Origin: an uncultured cyanobacterium
GTDB lineage: Bacteria > Cyanobacteriota > Cyanobacteriia > Phormidesmidales > Phormidesmidaceae
Reading direction: 5' to 3'
NCBI GenBank assembly: GCA_963793265.1
Contig: CAWBZI010000001.1
Coordinates: 128,001 to 192,000 of the forward strand
Length of the DNA: 64,000 nt
The notes under the pieces: generated by a model
Databases searched by the model: none
Seen by the model: the letters and a program-made list of their open reading frames with translations, nothing else
Told to the model about the DNA's origin: nothing
Translations under genes and position numbers: made by a program
In this document: positions 19,165 to 30,460 of the stretch, piece after piece
Position numbering within the stretch: position 1 is the first letter of the stretch
How the letters are laid out: every line of letters begins with the position of its first letter

Positions 19165-19178
19165 GTAACTATTGATAC
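19165..19178 (+). promoter_or_regulatory. Candidate NtcA binding site upstream of hetR
   Basis: T-GTA-ACTATTGA-TAC matches GTA-N8-TAC; no canonical TAN3T at about 22 nt downstream. Confidence 0.45.
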
Positions 19179-19277
19179 TGCCTATTAGAGTTTGCACACC
19201 CAGGTTTACATACCCTGCTGTTTTCTTTCATCCATTTTCTGTGCATTCTATAGCATTAAGCATTTTCGCTTGATTGA

Positions 19278-20207
<930 letters not shown>

Positions 20208-20227
20208 GTCTAGCCTCGGCGCTAATT

Positions 20228-20267
20228 AGAAAAGCTCCTGTAGATAGGATTCTACAGGAGCTTTTCT
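20228..20267. terminator. Bidirectional intrinsic terminator between hetR and the convergent ORF
   Basis: Perfect 17-bp inverted repeat AGAAAAGCTCCTGTAGA-N6-TCTACAGGAGCTTTTCT. Confidence 0.8.
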
Positions 20268-20292
20268 TCATTTATGCGGTGTCAGCACAAGT

Positions 20293-20796
20293 CTAGTGGC
20301 ACTGCCTAGACACCATAATGCTTTTTGATTCGTACATACGCTTTTTTAGTCGAGCGAGTGCAGCGGCATCGTCTATAAGCTGTTCTTGATAGCTACGCTG
20401 CCACACCAAAGAACCAGGCTGATTGCGCAACAGATTGATTCGGGTTGCAGTGGCCGCTTTGAACCCCGCAACAAAAGAAGTCAGGCGTCTTGGTTTTCCA
20501 GCAGTAGGACGGCGATCACACCGTTCTCCAGATAGCACAACTAGCGCATGCAAGGCATCTGGGAAAACAGCCCACTGTTCTACTGTGATTTCGCGACAGT
20601 CGGCAGCTAGTAGCAGCTCATCAACAGCGACTTGGGCCAAAGATGAGGCTAGGCCCGTCTGAGACGTTTTTTGAGATAGATCGTCTTGCTGTACTGCCGG
20701 TACGTCGAACAGTTTATAGCTGTTGTGAGTTTTGAGCTGCACGTAATAGAGTGCAGCCTCGACAAACGAATTCTTGATTGCGGATGTTTTTATCAA
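20293..20796 (-). CDS. Degenerate REP-associated tyrosine transposase (RAYT/Y1 HUH)-like protein
   Basis: YYVQLKTHN, WAVFPDALHALVVL, LTSFVAGFKAATATRIN and VWQRSYQEQLI follow the RAYT motif order, but the HUH motif is altered. Confidence 0.7.
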   Translation of the reverse strand: MIKTSAIKNSFVEAALYYVQLKTHNSYKLFDVPAVQQDDLSQKTSQTGLASSLAQVAVDELLLAADCREITVEQWAVFPDALHALVVLSGERCDRRPTAGKPRRLTSFVAGFKAATATRINLLRNQPGSLVWQRSYQEQLIDDAAALARLKKRMYESKSIMVSRQCH

Positions 20797-21100
20797 CGGA
20801 CGCCCTGAACCATTGCACAGTGTCTGGTGTTAGACTGCCCAGCCCGACCGCTAAAGTCCCTAAAAATTGCCAGGTCTAATTGCGAAACCTGTATGAATAG
20901 CAATGCTTTGAGAACGCATATTAGCGTTTAATCGGGATGTGGGGCCTATCCCCTAATCACTCCTTTTTTAAACAAGCGTTAGTCCTTAATATCCGGCTAT
21001 ATTCGTTAAAAATTGCCACAAAAAAAGAGGCCAATAAACCCCTTTTCTTGCACTTTATCTTTTAAGCTTCTCAATGCTTAGCCGTATAAACAAATAGATA

Positions 21101-21182
21101 TGGGCAAAGAGAGACTCGAACTCTCACGACCGAAGCCGCCACATTTTGAGTGTGGTGCGTCTACCAATTCCGCCACTTGCCC
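21101..21182 (-). tRNA. trnL: tRNA-Leu (CAA)
   Basis: Reverse complement GGGCAAGTGGCGGAATTGGTAGACGCACCACACTCAAAATGTGG...GTTCGAGTCTCTCTTTGCCCA; anticodon arm CCACA-CT-CAA-AA-TGTGG; long variable arm. Confidence 0.97.
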
Positions 21183-21257
21183 AGGTAAGAATACCATTAT
21201 ACCGAAGTAGGTCACTTTTTTAAGGTAATTTTGGACTTAGATCTTATCGAAGTTAGA

Positions 21258-22154
21258 TCACCAGTTACGCCAGCCTCTAGGGCGATCGCTAGGTGGCTGG
21301 TCAGGCTTGTCACCTTTAGCTTCTTCAGCTAGCGGCTGGTTATCTAACAAAGCCTGATAGGCAGGTGTGCTTGCCCAGCGGTCTATCTCTCTAGCCCTGA
21401 GCACCGGCACCGGATGGCTCAGATCGTCTGTTTTTAACCGCTTTAGCATCTCACCCGTTTCGCTTTCGCTAATAGCATCGTATGAGCGGGCCTGGTCGAT
21501 AAAAGCGTCTAGATTTAGCTGAGGAGAAAGGGTCGGCGAGCCGCCGGAGAGCTTCATTAGAACGGAGGCTACTGTGCGGGCGTCTTGAGTGGCGAGGAGG
21601 GCAGCGCGATCGCACGTAAATTCAGCGCAGCGCACCCACTCCATAATTTGAGACTGCCAGTTTTGCATAAGCACGTTGCCAAAGGGAAGCTGGCTGGTTG
21701 CTAGCGTCAGCAGGTTTGCCAGCGTCAGGTATACGCCATGATCGCATTTGAGATGGCCCAGCTCGTGTCCAATCACGGCCTGAACTTCAGCGGGATTCAG
21801 CAACTCAATTAGCGAGGTGTGTACTACGACAAAAGGCTGCTTACCACGCATCGCAAAGGTGTAGGCGTTAGGCACCGGATGCTGCTTGATGTATAGCTGG
21901 GGCACCTCTAAGTCGAGCACCTCGCAGGCTTCTACTAGAGACTGGTACAGCTCCGGCAGTTGGTTGGGGCCAACTAAAACGCTAGAAGCAATATTTTCCA
22001 GGTAAAAGAACTGTTCGCCCATAGGGCCAAGGAGGCTGCGGATAGCGACATCTAAGCCAGGCAGACGCTTGAGCGCCTGAGTCGCTTCGCGATCTAGCGG
22101 GTGACGAAATTGATCGGCATTAAGCCCGGTGAGTAAAGCCTTGGAGGTGTCCAT
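21258..22154 (-). CDS. M48 family zinc metallopeptidase
   Basis: PNAYT, HELGH, AEFTCDRAAL and SHP motifs. Confidence 0.9.
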   Translation of the reverse strand: MDTSKALLTGLNADQFRHPLDREATQALKRLPGLDVAIRSLLGPMGEQFFYLENIASSVLVGPNQLPELYQSLVEACEVLDLEVPQLYIKQHPVPNAYTFAMRGKQPFVVVHTSLIELLNPAEVQAVIGHELGHLKCDHGVYLTLANLLTLATSQLPFGNVLMQNWQSQIMEWVRCAEFTCDRAALLATQDARTVASVLMKLSGGSPTLSPQLNLDAFIDQARSYDAISESETGEMLKRLKTDDLSHPVPVLRAREIDRWASTPAYQALLDNQPLAEEAKGDKPDQPPSDRPRGWRNW

Positions 22155-22224
22155 ATGAGTAGTCGATAGCCTTAGGAGGCGCGCCTGAGAAAATATGCTT
22201 TTTGGGAAAACCCTTAAGGATCAA

Positions 22225-22269
22225 CAAAGCCTACACACGCCTGAGAAAATAGCGTTTGTGTAGGCTTTG
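22225..22269 (-). terminator. Stem-loop or terminator downstream of murA
   Basis: CAAAGCCTACACA...TGTGTAGGCTTTG inverted repeat. Confidence 0.55.
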
Positions 22270-22306
22270 CTACTTATCTAGTATAGCGAGCTAACAGGCT
22301 AGCGAG

Positions 22307-23758
22307 TTAATTAGAAGACACGCCTGCAACGGCTGGTGGGACAGATAGAATCTCAGGCGCAATTACAGAGGTAGGCTGAGCGGCGCTGTCTGCTTGGCTG
22401 AGCGGAATGCGTCTGAGGCGCGCACCGACATTGGTAAGCTTTTCTTCAAACTTTTCGTAGCCGCGATCAAGGTGATGGAGGCCGTGGAGGGTGGTTTTGC
22501 CTTTGGCAGCTAGGCCCGCGATCGCCAGTGCCGCAGAGGCTCGCAAGTCGCTCCCAGTCACAGGCGCGCCCGAAAGATGACTCACCCCGCGCACAATCGC
22601 GCAGTCGCCCTTAACCCGAATATCAGCCCCCATCCGATTAAACTCAGCCACGTGCTGTAGCCGGTTTTCAAAGACGGTTTCAGTCACCATGCTATTGCCC
22701 TCAGCCAGGGTGAGCAGTGCCATAAACTGCGCCTGCATATCAGTTGGAAAACCAGGATAAGGCAGCGTTTGTATATCCGTAGCGATCACTTTTTCGCCGG
22801 GAGAAACGCGAATTGTGCTGCGCCCCTCAATTTCAACATTAGTTCCTGTTTCGCGAAGCTTGGCTATCAGCGGCGTTAAGTGGCTAGGATCTACAGGGCC
22901 AACGGTCAGTTCAGAGCGCGTCAAAGCTCCGGCGACTAAGTAAGTACCGGCCTCAATGCGATCTGGAATGATGGAATAGTCGGTAGCGTGCAGGCTAGGC
23001 ACCCCGGTAATTGTGATCGCATTGGTGCCCGCACCGCGAATTTTTGCGCCCATTGCTCGGCAGAAGTTAGCCAAATCAACCACCTCTGGCTCTTGAGCGG
23101 CATTCTCAATAACGGTTTCTCCCTCCGCCAATGTTGCTGCCATCATCAAAGTTTCTGTAGCCCCGACGCTGGGGTAGTCCAAATAGATCTTTGCGCCTTT
23201 GAGCTTGCCACGCGCGCCTGGAACGTAAGCGTGAACAACGCCGTGATCCATATGAACATGAGCGCCTAATGCCTGTAGCCCTCGGATGTGTAGCTCAACC
23301 GGCCTAGCACCGATAGCACAGCCACCCGGCAAAGGAACGCGAGCAACGCCTAGTCTTGCAAGCAGGGGGCCGATGACAAAGAAGCTGGCTCTGAGCTTGC
23401 TGACGATATCGTAGGGTGCTTTAGAATGGCTCACGCTACTGGCATCAACGTCTAATGTGCTGCCGTCGCGAGCAACTTTCAGGCCAAGCGCTGTTAGCAC
23501 GCTAGACATGCGTCCGATATCCATTAAGTCAGGAATGTTGCGAATTCGGCAGGTTTGAGAACACAGTAGCGTGCCGCCGAGCACGACGAGCGCTGAGTTT
23601 TTAGCACCGCTGATGGGGATGTGACCACTGAGAGGTTCGCCGCCCCAAATCTCAATCACAGAGACGGGAGGCTTGGTGGATTTGCCATTTGTAGAGATGG
23701 CGCTAGCAGAAGTAGGAGTAGTAATGGGAGTGGCCTCCAAGAAAAATTGTGAACCCAA
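22307..23758 (-). CDS. murA: UDP-N-acetylglucosamine 1-carboxyvinyltransferase
   Basis: [22 protein letters not shown] (catalytic Cys), [18 protein letters not shown]. Start codon uncertain. Confidence 0.96.
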   Translation of the reverse strand: MGSQFFLEATPITTPTSASAISTNGKSTKPPVSVIEIWGGEPLSGHIPISGAKNSALVVLGGTLLCSQTCRIRNIPDLMDIGRMSSVLTALGLKVARDGSTLDVDASSVSHSKAPYDIVSKLRASFFVIGPLLARLGVARVPLPGGCAIGARPVELHIRGLQALGAHVHMDHGVVHAYVPGARGKLKGAKIYLDYPSVGATETLMMAATLAEGETVIENAAQEPEVVDLANFCRAMGAKIRGAGTNAITITGVPSLHATDYSIIPDRIEAGTYLVAGALTRSELTVGPVDPSHLTPLIAKLRETGTNVEIEGRSTIRVSPGEKVIATDIQTLPYPGFPTDMQAQFMALLTLAEGNSMVTETVFENRLQHVAEFNRMGADIRVKGDCAIVRGVSHLSGAPVTGSDLRASAALAIAGLAAKGKTTLHGLHHLDRGYEKFEEKLTNVGARLRRIPLSQADSAAQPTSVIAPEILSVPPAVAGVSSN

Positions 23759-24071
23759 AAAACTGTGAGCTGCGAAAATCGGCTGTAAGAACCGATCTAA
23801 GGGCTTTGACGAATTTGGTATGGATTCTACCCGAAACTTCAGAGTTTCTCCCGGTTGATTTGAACAAAAGTGACGCTATCAATCCTAAATGACCTCTTTC
23901 TGTAGTAGGAAATTACGGACAGAATCGGAAGAATTACCGTATTTGAAAAAATTTCGGAAAGGTTTGCTGTCGCTAAGTGTTGACGAATGTCTCTAACTGC
24001 TTAATAATTGCTAATCGCAGCTACAGACAAAGTGCCCTGGCATTAGGTCGGTAAGTTGCTGTAATAACTGA

Positions 24072-24155
24072 GCGGGACTGGCGAAATTGGTAGACGCGCT
24101 AGATTCAGATTCTAGTGTTCGCAAGGACTTCCGGGTTCAAGTCCCGGGTTCCGCA
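24072..24155 (+). tRNA. trnL: tRNA-Leu (CAG)
   Basis: GCGGGACTGGCGAAATTGGTAGACGCG-CTAGA-TT-CAG-AT-TCTAG...GGTTCAAGTCCCGGGTTCCGCA. Confidence 0.97.
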
Positions 24156-24420
24156 TAGCCATTGATTGAGTGAAAGATGCTTTAAAGCTGACTGGCTAAA
24201 GCACTTTTTTGCTTTGCGTAACTGCGCTTAGGTAGTCTGCCTTTTTTAGGGGTGGAACTTTTCTATGGTTAAGTGAAAATACATAGGCATTTAAATATAG
24301 TGACAAAAGTCGATAAAATGCTGATTAATCTGCTAGGTCGGATTTATCAGGATGGACTGGCATAACTTGTTTATGCATATTTTCATTTGCTGACATCTAC
24401 TTCTCAAATCTTGCTTTCTT

Positions 24421-25239
24421 ATGCTGACAAGCCTGCAAAATTCTACAGTTAAGCAGTTGCGAAAGCTGCAGCAGGCTAAGGAACGTAAGAAACAGGCGGT
24501 TTTGCTCCTTGAGGGCACTCACTTAATAGAAGCCGCTTGTACGGCGGACTATCCGCTGAAAGTGTTTTGCTATACGGAAGCCTGGCAGCAGCGCTATCCA
24601 GACATTTTTCGACAGGCTTTGGCTTTAGCAGAGCAAGTTGAGCTAGTGTCTGCTGATGTACTCAAGTCAATTGCAAGTACGGTGACGCCTGATGGTGTGG
24701 TGGCAACAGCACCCCGGCGAAATGCCTGGCAAGAAGCTGCTAGCCAGCCGGGCGAAGCGATTAAATTAGGCGTGATGCTAGAGACAATTCAAGATCCTGG
24801 CAACCTCGGCACGATTATTCGGACGGCGGCAGCCGCCGGGTGTGATGGTCTGTGGCTGAGCGATCGCAGCGTAGATATTAGTAATCCAAAGGTGCTGCGA
24901 GCCTCGGCAGGGCAATGGTTTCGGTTGCCAATGGCGACGGTAGAGGTGGTAGAGCAGGCGCGGCAGTTAAAAGAACGTGGCGTTCAGGTTATCGCGACGA
25001 CTGCGACGGCTGAGCTGGACTATTGGCAGCTAGATTTGCGAGAGCCGAGCGTGTTTGTGATGGGCAATGAAGGGGCCGGGCTTTCGGCTGAGCTGATGGA
25101 CTGTGCCTCTGTAGCGGTCAAAATACCGGTGATGCCAGAGGTTGAGTCGCTGAATGTGGCGATTTCGACGGCGCTACTGCTGTATGAGGCCAGGCGTCAG
25201 CGGATGGGAGAAATTGTTAAAAGCGACCGCTCTAGTTGA
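24421..25239 (+). CDS. TrmH/SpoU family RNA methyltransferase
   Basis: IQDPGNLGTIIRTA, RASAG, GNEGAGL and ESLNVA SPOUT motifs. Confidence 0.92.
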   Translation: MLTSLQNSTVKQLRKLQQAKERKKQAVLLLEGTHLIEAACTADYPLKVFCYTEAWQQRYPDIFRQALALAEQVELVSADVLKSIASTVTPDGVVATAPRRNAWQEAASQPGEAIKLGVMLETIQDPGNLGTIIRTAAAAGCDGLWLSDRSVDISNPKVLRASAGQWFRLPMATVEVVEQARQLKERGVQVIATTATAELDYWQLDLREPSVFVMGNEGAGLSAELMDCASVAVKIPVMPEVESLNVAISTALLLYEARRQRMGEIVKSDRSS

Positions 25240-25272
25240 GAATAGAAAATACCTCAAAATAAGGAGAACGCA

Positions 25273-26706
25273 TTGGATTCGGCATTTGACTACGATTTGG
25301 TAATTATCGGTGCAGGCGTAGGCGGTCACGGCGCGGCGCTTCATGCCGTAAAACGCGGCCTCAAAACAGCCATCATTGAAGCTTCAGACATGGGCGGCAC
25401 CTGCGTTAATCGCGGCTGCATTCCGTCTAAAGCGCTGCTGGCAGCTTCAGGTAAAGTGCGCGAAATGCGAGACGAGCAGCACTTAAAGGCGATGGGCATC
25501 AGCTTAACTAGCGTGGGCTTTGACCGCGAAGGCATTGCCGACCATGCCAAAAACTTAGTGAACAAGATTCAGGGCGACTTGACCAATAGTCTGACTCGCC
25601 TGGGCGTAGACACCATTCGCGGCTGGGGCAAAATCGCGGCAAGCCAGAAAGTTTCTGTTAAAGACGACAGCGGCACTCGCACCATCACCGCCAAAGACAT
25701 CATCCTCTCACCAGGTTCTATTCCCTTCGTCCCCAGAGGCATTGAAACAGACGGCAAAACCGTATACACCAGCGATGAGGCCATTCGACTCGACTGGCTA
25801 CCTGACTGGGTAGCGATCATTGGTAGCGGATACATCGGCCTAGAATTTTCCGACGTTTATACTGCGCTCGGCTCAGAGGTCACGATGATTGAGGCGATGG
25901 ATCAGCTGATGCCGACCTTTGATCCTGATATTGCTAAGCAGGCCGAGCGAGTGCTAATTAAGCCGCGTGATATTGAAACTCGTGTAGGACTGCTGGCTAA
26001 AAAGATTACGCCAGGTTCGCCTGTGGTAATTGAGCTTGCCGATCCAAAGACGATGGAAACGGTGGACGTGATGGAGGTAGATGCTTGCTTAGTAGCAACG
26101 GGCCGGATTCCAGCGACAAAGAATCTAGATCTGAATATGGTGGCCGTAGAAACCGATCGCCGTGGGTTTATTCCGGTAGATGAGCGCCTGGCGGTGCTGC
26201 GCGATGGTAAGCCGGTACCTCATCTCTATGCGATCGGTGATGCCAACGGCAAAATGATGCTGGCACATTCTGCTTCTGCGCAGGGTATTGTGGCTGTCGA
26301 TAATATCTGTGGCGATGACCGCTCTGTGGACTACAACGCGATTCCAGCAGCGGCCTTTACGCATCCTGAAGTGAGCTTTGTGGGGTTAACAGAACCAGCG
26401 GCGAAAGCGAAAGGAAAGGAAGAAGGGTACGAGGTGGCTTCTGTGCGGAGCTATTTTAAGGCGAATTCTAAGGCGTTAGCTGAAGGGGAGACAGAAGGGC
26501 TCGCGAAGGTGATTTATCGGAAGGATACGGGCGAGATGATGGGGGCGCATATTATTGGGCTGCATGCGGCGGATTTAATTCAGGAGGCGGCGAACGCGAT
26601 CGCCCAAAAGCAGTCTGTCACCGAACTCTCCCAATACGTACACACCCACCCCACGCTCTCTGAAGTGTTGGATGAGGCTTACAAGCGCGCCACAGTCACG
26701 GCATAA
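25273..26706 (+). CDS. lpdA: Dihydrolipoyl dehydrogenase
   Basis: [19 protein letters not shown] redox disulfide, [19 protein letters not shown] start after AAGGAG. Confidence 0.96.
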   Translation: MDSAFDYDLVIIGAGVGGHGAALHAVKRGLKTAIIEASDMGGTCVNRGCIPSKALLAASGKVREMRDEQHLKAMGISLTSVGFDREGIADHAKNLVNKIQGDLTNSLTRLGVDTIRGWGKIAASQKVSVKDDSGTRTITAKDIILSPGSIPFVPRGIETDGKTVYTSDEAIRLDWLPDWVAIIGSGYIGLEFSDVYTALGSEVTMIEAMDQLMPTFDPDIAKQAERVLIKPRDIETRVGLLAKKITPGSPVVIELADPKTMETVDVMEVDACLVATGRIPATKNLDLNMVAVETDRRGFIPVDERLAVLRDGKPVPHLYAIGDANGKMMLAHSASAQGIVAVDNICGDDRSVDYNAIPAAAFTHPEVSFVGLTEPAAKAKGKEEGYEVASVRSYFKANSKALAEGETEGLAKVIYRKDTGEMMGAHIIGLHAADLIQEAANAIAQKQSVTELSQYVHTHPTLSEVLDEAYKRATVTA

Positions 26707-26711
26707 GTTTA

Positions 26712-26744
26712 GAGCCTCGATCTTAAGACTTAGGATCGAGGCTC
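26712..26744. other. Intergenic stem-loop between lpdA and trpC
   Basis: GAGCCTCGATCTTAA-GAC-TTAGGATCGAGGCTC: 15-bp stem with one G-U pair and no U-tract. Confidence 0.6.
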
Positions 26745-26775
26745 CAAATCAGCAACTCTTTCAACTATTAGCATT

Positions 26776-27666
26776 ATGGAAATTCGTCGTCGTCCGCCCA
26801 ACCCTGCAATCTCGGTTGCGAGTCTTGAATATCGAACGAAGGCAGAGGACTCTGAGCCACGTAATATTCTCGAAAAGATCGTGTGGCACAAAGAAACTGA
26901 GGTAACCCGGCAAAGAGAGAAAGTGTCGCTGCAAGATTTGCAGGGGCAGGTGAAAGGAATGCCTGCAACGAAGGGATTTATCAAGGCTCTAAGGGAGCAG
27001 GCACAGCGGCAGAGCCCGGCGATTATTGCAGAAGTGAAAAAGGCATCGCCAAGTAAAGGGGTGATTAGGGATGATTTTGATGCGGTTGCGATCGCCCGCA
27101 GCTACCAGTCAGGCGGCGCGACCTGCCTTTCTGTACTCACCGACAGCAAGTTTTTCCAGGGCAGCTTCGACTACCTCAGTCAAATTCGTCAGGCCGTTGA
27201 TCTGCCTTTACTCTGCAAAGAGTTCATTATCTATCCCTACCAGATCTATAGGGCCAGAGCTGCCGGAGCTGACGCCATCTTATTAATTGCCGCAATTCTG
27301 AGCGATCAAGACATTAATTACTTTGTCAAAATCGCTAGAGCTGTTGGGCTAGACGCACTCGTTGAAACTCATACGTCAGAAGAATTTGAGCGCGTGATTG
27401 GGATTGAGGGGATTGAGCTTATTGGCATCAATAATCGGAACTTAGAAGACTTTACGGTGAGCTTAGAGACGACTAAGGAGATTTTAGCGGCCTATGGCGA
27501 TCGCATCGCGCAGCGGCAGACTTTGATCGTAAGCGAGTCAGGGCTGCATACGCCGGATGACGTGCAGTTCGTGACTGGCGTGGGAGCAAAAGCAATTTTA
27601 GTTGGAGAGTCTTTGATGCGACAGAGCGATCCCGGTAGGGCGATCGCAACGCTTTTAGACCGCTAG
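26776..27666 (+). CDS. trpC: Indole-3-glycerol phosphate synthase
   Basis: [42 protein letters not shown]; cyanobacterial [11 protein letters not shown]-terminus. Confidence 0.96.
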   Translation: MEIRRRPPNPAISVASLEYRTKAEDSEPRNILEKIVWHKETEVTRQREKVSLQDLQGQVKGMPATKGFIKALREQAQRQSPAIIAEVKKASPSKGVIRDDFDAVAIARSYQSGGATCLSVLTDSKFFQGSFDYLSQIRQAVDLPLLCKEFIIYPYQIYRARAAGADAILLIAAILSDQDINYFVKIARAVGLDALVETHTSEEFERVIGIEGIELIGINNRNLEDFTVSLETTKEILAAYGDRIAQRQTLIVSESGLHTPDDVQFVTGVGAKAILVGESLMRQSDPGRAIATLLDR

Positions 27667-27735
27667 ATAGGCGGCTACGCTATCCAGATGAGGTCTATAC
27701 TAAGAAACGTAACGTATAGCTAGTGAAACCACGGT

Positions 27736-29391
27736 ATGAGTCGCAAGAAAGCCATCATTATTGGTTCAGGTATTGGCGGAATCTCTCTAGGCATTCGGTT
27801 GCAGAGCCTGGGATTTGACACCACCATTTTTGAAAAATTAGACGCACCTGGCGGCAGAGCCTACGTGCGCAAAGCAGAAGGCTTCATCTTCGACATGGGG
27901 CCAACTGTCCTCACCGTGCCTCACTTCATCGAAGAATTATTCTCATTGCAGCAAGGCGCTGCGGCCTTGGGCGAACCTGATTTTCCTAAGGAGATCATGG
28001 ATCCAAAAGATCGGATCAAATCGGGTATCACCAGCGGCCCAAACACGTCTAAATACGTCAAGATTGTTCCAATTCTGCCGTTCTATCGTATCTACTTCGA
28101 TGACGGTACCTACTTTGACTACGATGGCGATCCTGAGAACACACTGCGCCAAATCGAAGCGATTGAACCAGACGACCTAGAAGGCTACGAGCGTTTTCAC
28201 AAAGCTGCTAAAGCCATCTTTGATCGCGGATTTATTGAGCTGGGCTACACCTACTTCGGTAACGTTGGAGATATGCTCAAAGTAGCACCCGACTTGATCA
28301 AACTTGACGCCCTGCGTCCTCTCCTATCGTTTGTAAAAGACTACTTCAAAAGCCCTAAGCTTCAGCAGGTCTTCAGCTTTGAGCCTTTGCTGGTCGGCGG
28401 CAGTCCGCTGAGCGTACCAGCTATCTACGCCATGATTCACTTCGTTGAAAAAACCTGGGGCATTCACTTTGCCATGGGTGGCACAGGCGAACTGGTTCAG
28501 GGCTTTGTGCGCAAGTTTGAAGAACTCGGTGGCACCATTCGCTACAACAGCGAAGTTGCCAAAATTGATGTAGAAGGCTCGTACTTTGGTAAGAAAATCG
28601 CCAAAGGCATTGAGCTTAAAGACGGCAGCTACCATGCCGCCGATTTAGTCGCCTCGAACGGTGACTACGCAAACACTTACATGAAGCTGATAGATCCAAA
28701 ATATCGCTTTATCAACCAAGACCTAAAGGTAAAGCTGACACGGCAGTCGATGTCAGTACTGGTCATTTACTTTGGCTTTAAAGCTGACCCTTCTGAAGAG
28801 CTAGACCTACAGCACCACAACATTATTCTCGGGCCTCGCTACGAAGAACTGCTCAAAGAAATCTTTGATCAAAAAGTACTCAGCCCCGACTTCTCACAGT
28901 ACTTACATATTCCTTCGCTCACCGACCCTAGCATGGCCCCTCCCGGACACCATGCGGCCTACACGCTGGTACCGGTGCCTAACAATGGCGGCGATATCGA
29001 CTGGGATATTGAAGGGCCAAAGCTGACTGATAGGGTGCTCACCTTTTTAGAAGAGCGCGGCTATATTCCTAATCTCAAAGAGCGCCTGGTGTATCAAAGC
29101 CATGTCACGCCTGACTACTTTGAAGGCACGCTTAACAGCTACTTGGGGAATGCGTTTGGCGTAGAACCTATTCTGGTTCAGAGCGCTTTCTTCCGTCCGC
29201 ACAACCGCAGTGAAGATATCGAAAACCTTTACCTGGTGGGCGCGAATACGCAGCCAGGCGGCGGTACGCCTTCGGTGATGATGTGCGCGAAGATGACGGC
29301 GCGTGAAATTGCTAAGAACTTTGACGTTCCCGCTGAGATCGTCAATGGCGTAGCAACTGAATCAGCCGTGCCAGAAGTAGCCAAGGTATAG
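27736..29391 (+). CDS. crtI: Bacterial-type (CrtI) phytoene desaturase
   Basis: [38 protein letters not shown] and [11 protein letters not shown]. Confidence 0.85.
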   Translation: MSRKKAIIIGSGIGGISLGIRLQSLGFDTTIFEKLDAPGGRAYVRKAEGFIFDMGPTVLTVPHFIEELFSLQQGAAALGEPDFPKEIMDPKDRIKSGITSGPNTSKYVKIVPILPFYRIYFDDGTYFDYDGDPENTLRQIEAIEPDDLEGYERFHKAAKAIFDRGFIELGYTYFGNVGDMLKVAPDLIKLDALRPLLSFVKDYFKSPKLQQVFSFEPLLVGGSPLSVPAIYAMIHFVEKTWGIHFAMGGTGELVQGFVRKFEELGGTIRYNSEVAKIDVEGSYFGKKIAKGIELKDGSYHAADLVASNGDYANTYMKLIDPKYRFINQDLKVKLTRQSMSVLVIYFGFKADPSEELDLQHHNIILGPRYEELLKEIFDQKVLSPDFSQYLHIPSLTDPSMAPPGHHAAYTLVPVPNNGGDIDWDIEGPKLTDRVLTFLEERGYIPNLKERLVYQSHVTPDYFEGTLNSYLGNAFGVEPILVQSAFFRPHNRSEDIENLYLVGANTQPGGGTPSVMMCAKMTAREIAKNFDVPAEIVNGVATESAVPEVAKV

Positions 29392-29392
29392 G

Positions 29393-30172
29393 ATGCTGCC
29401 CAAAGAAGACATGCTTAAGCGGGTTGAGAACCGAGAGGCGATCACCCGCATTATTGACCGCGCCGAACAAGCTATTCGTACCTGGGAGCCGGTTGCAACA
29501 GACTTTCTTTCACCGCCTGAGCTGTTCGAGGCCCAGGCGGTGTTCAAACAGCTCACGGATATTCACACATTCTCTAGCGGTGGATATCCTCAGGCAGAAC
29601 GGCAAAGAATGGTGATTGCCCGCAGCGAAATTCCGTTTGACGAGCAGCCTGTACCATTGGCTGCGCTCAGCATTGCCGGAAACTTTTTGTTCGACACAGC
29701 TTCTCACCGCGACTTTTTAGGCTCTTTGCTAGGCACAGGATTAGTGCGCGATAAGGTGGGCGATATTATTGTGCTGGGTGAGCGGGGGGCGCAGGCAATC
29801 GTGGTGCCTGAGTTAGTGGAATTTTTGACGACTAGCTTGGTTCAGGTGCGCTCGGTGGCAGTGAAGACGCAGCCGATAGCACTAAGCGAACTGCGGGTGC
29901 GAGAGCCCAAGAAGAAAGAGATGACGACGGTGGAGGCTTCGATGCGGTTAGATGCGATCGCCTCAGCCGGGTTTGGCATGTCGCGCAGCAAAATGGCCGA
30001 CATGATTACCAAAGGCGACGTGCGGGTGAACTGGAAGCCGATTACTCAGTCAAGCCGTACGGTAGAAACAGGCGATCTGATTGCAATTCGTGGCAAAGGG
30101 CGCTTGGAAGTAGGCGAGATGTCCGTGACCAAAAAGCAGCGGTATCGAGTGCAGCTAACGCGGCTGGTGTGA
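29393..30172 (+). CDS. Photosystem II-associated S4-domain RNA-binding protein (YlmH-like)
   Basis: TDFLSPPE, GGYPQAER, GNFLFDTASHRDFLG; S4 domain SMRLDAIASAGFGMSR...RGKGR. Confidence 0.9.
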   Translation: MLPKEDMLKRVENREAITRIIDRAEQAIRTWEPVATDFLSPPELFEAQAVFKQLTDIHTFSSGGYPQAERQRMVIARSEIPFDEQPVPLAALSIAGNFLFDTASHRDFLGSLLGTGLVRDKVGDIIVLGERGAQAIVVPELVEFLTTSLVQVRSVAVKTQPIALSELRVREPKKKEMTTVEASMRLDAIASAGFGMSRSKMADMITKGDVRVNWKPITQSSRTVETGDLIAIRGKGRLEVGEMSVTKKQRYRVQLTRLV

Positions 30173-30460
30173 GGTATAAAAGAATTTGCAAAAACTCAGT
30201 GCAAGCACATAAAAGCTTTCATATTTTTTATGTAACATCACATAATCTTTAGATTTACTCTCATGGATATTTTTGTGTGAGATGCCAACGCTTGAAATGC
30301 ACTCATAGCAAAGGTGATAGCTATTAACAAAGCGTGGAGATTGCCATCAACTAACTGGAGCTGCAATAAACAACGCCCGTATATTTATGTAGATTTCGTT
30401 TAGCTGATGTGCCTCACTGGCAAAGGTACCGGGAACCTGCAAGATTTTGAGTAAGAGGAA

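Noticed and set aside
20228..21182. Active IS200/IS605 or REP element inserted at tRNA-Leu
   Set aside because: Catalytic motifs are degenerate; there is no tnpB, no repeated REP hairpins and no duplicated tRNA 3' end. The single hairpin is explained as a terminator.
22182..22251. 14-bp direct repeat CGCCTGAGAAAATA x2 (also an imperfect 21-bp tandem at 31862..31903)
   Set aside because: Short local duplications with no associated element or evident function.
21101..24155. Group I intron in tRNA-Leu
   Set aside because: Both tRNAs are uninterrupted and have CAA and CAG anticodons, not UAA.
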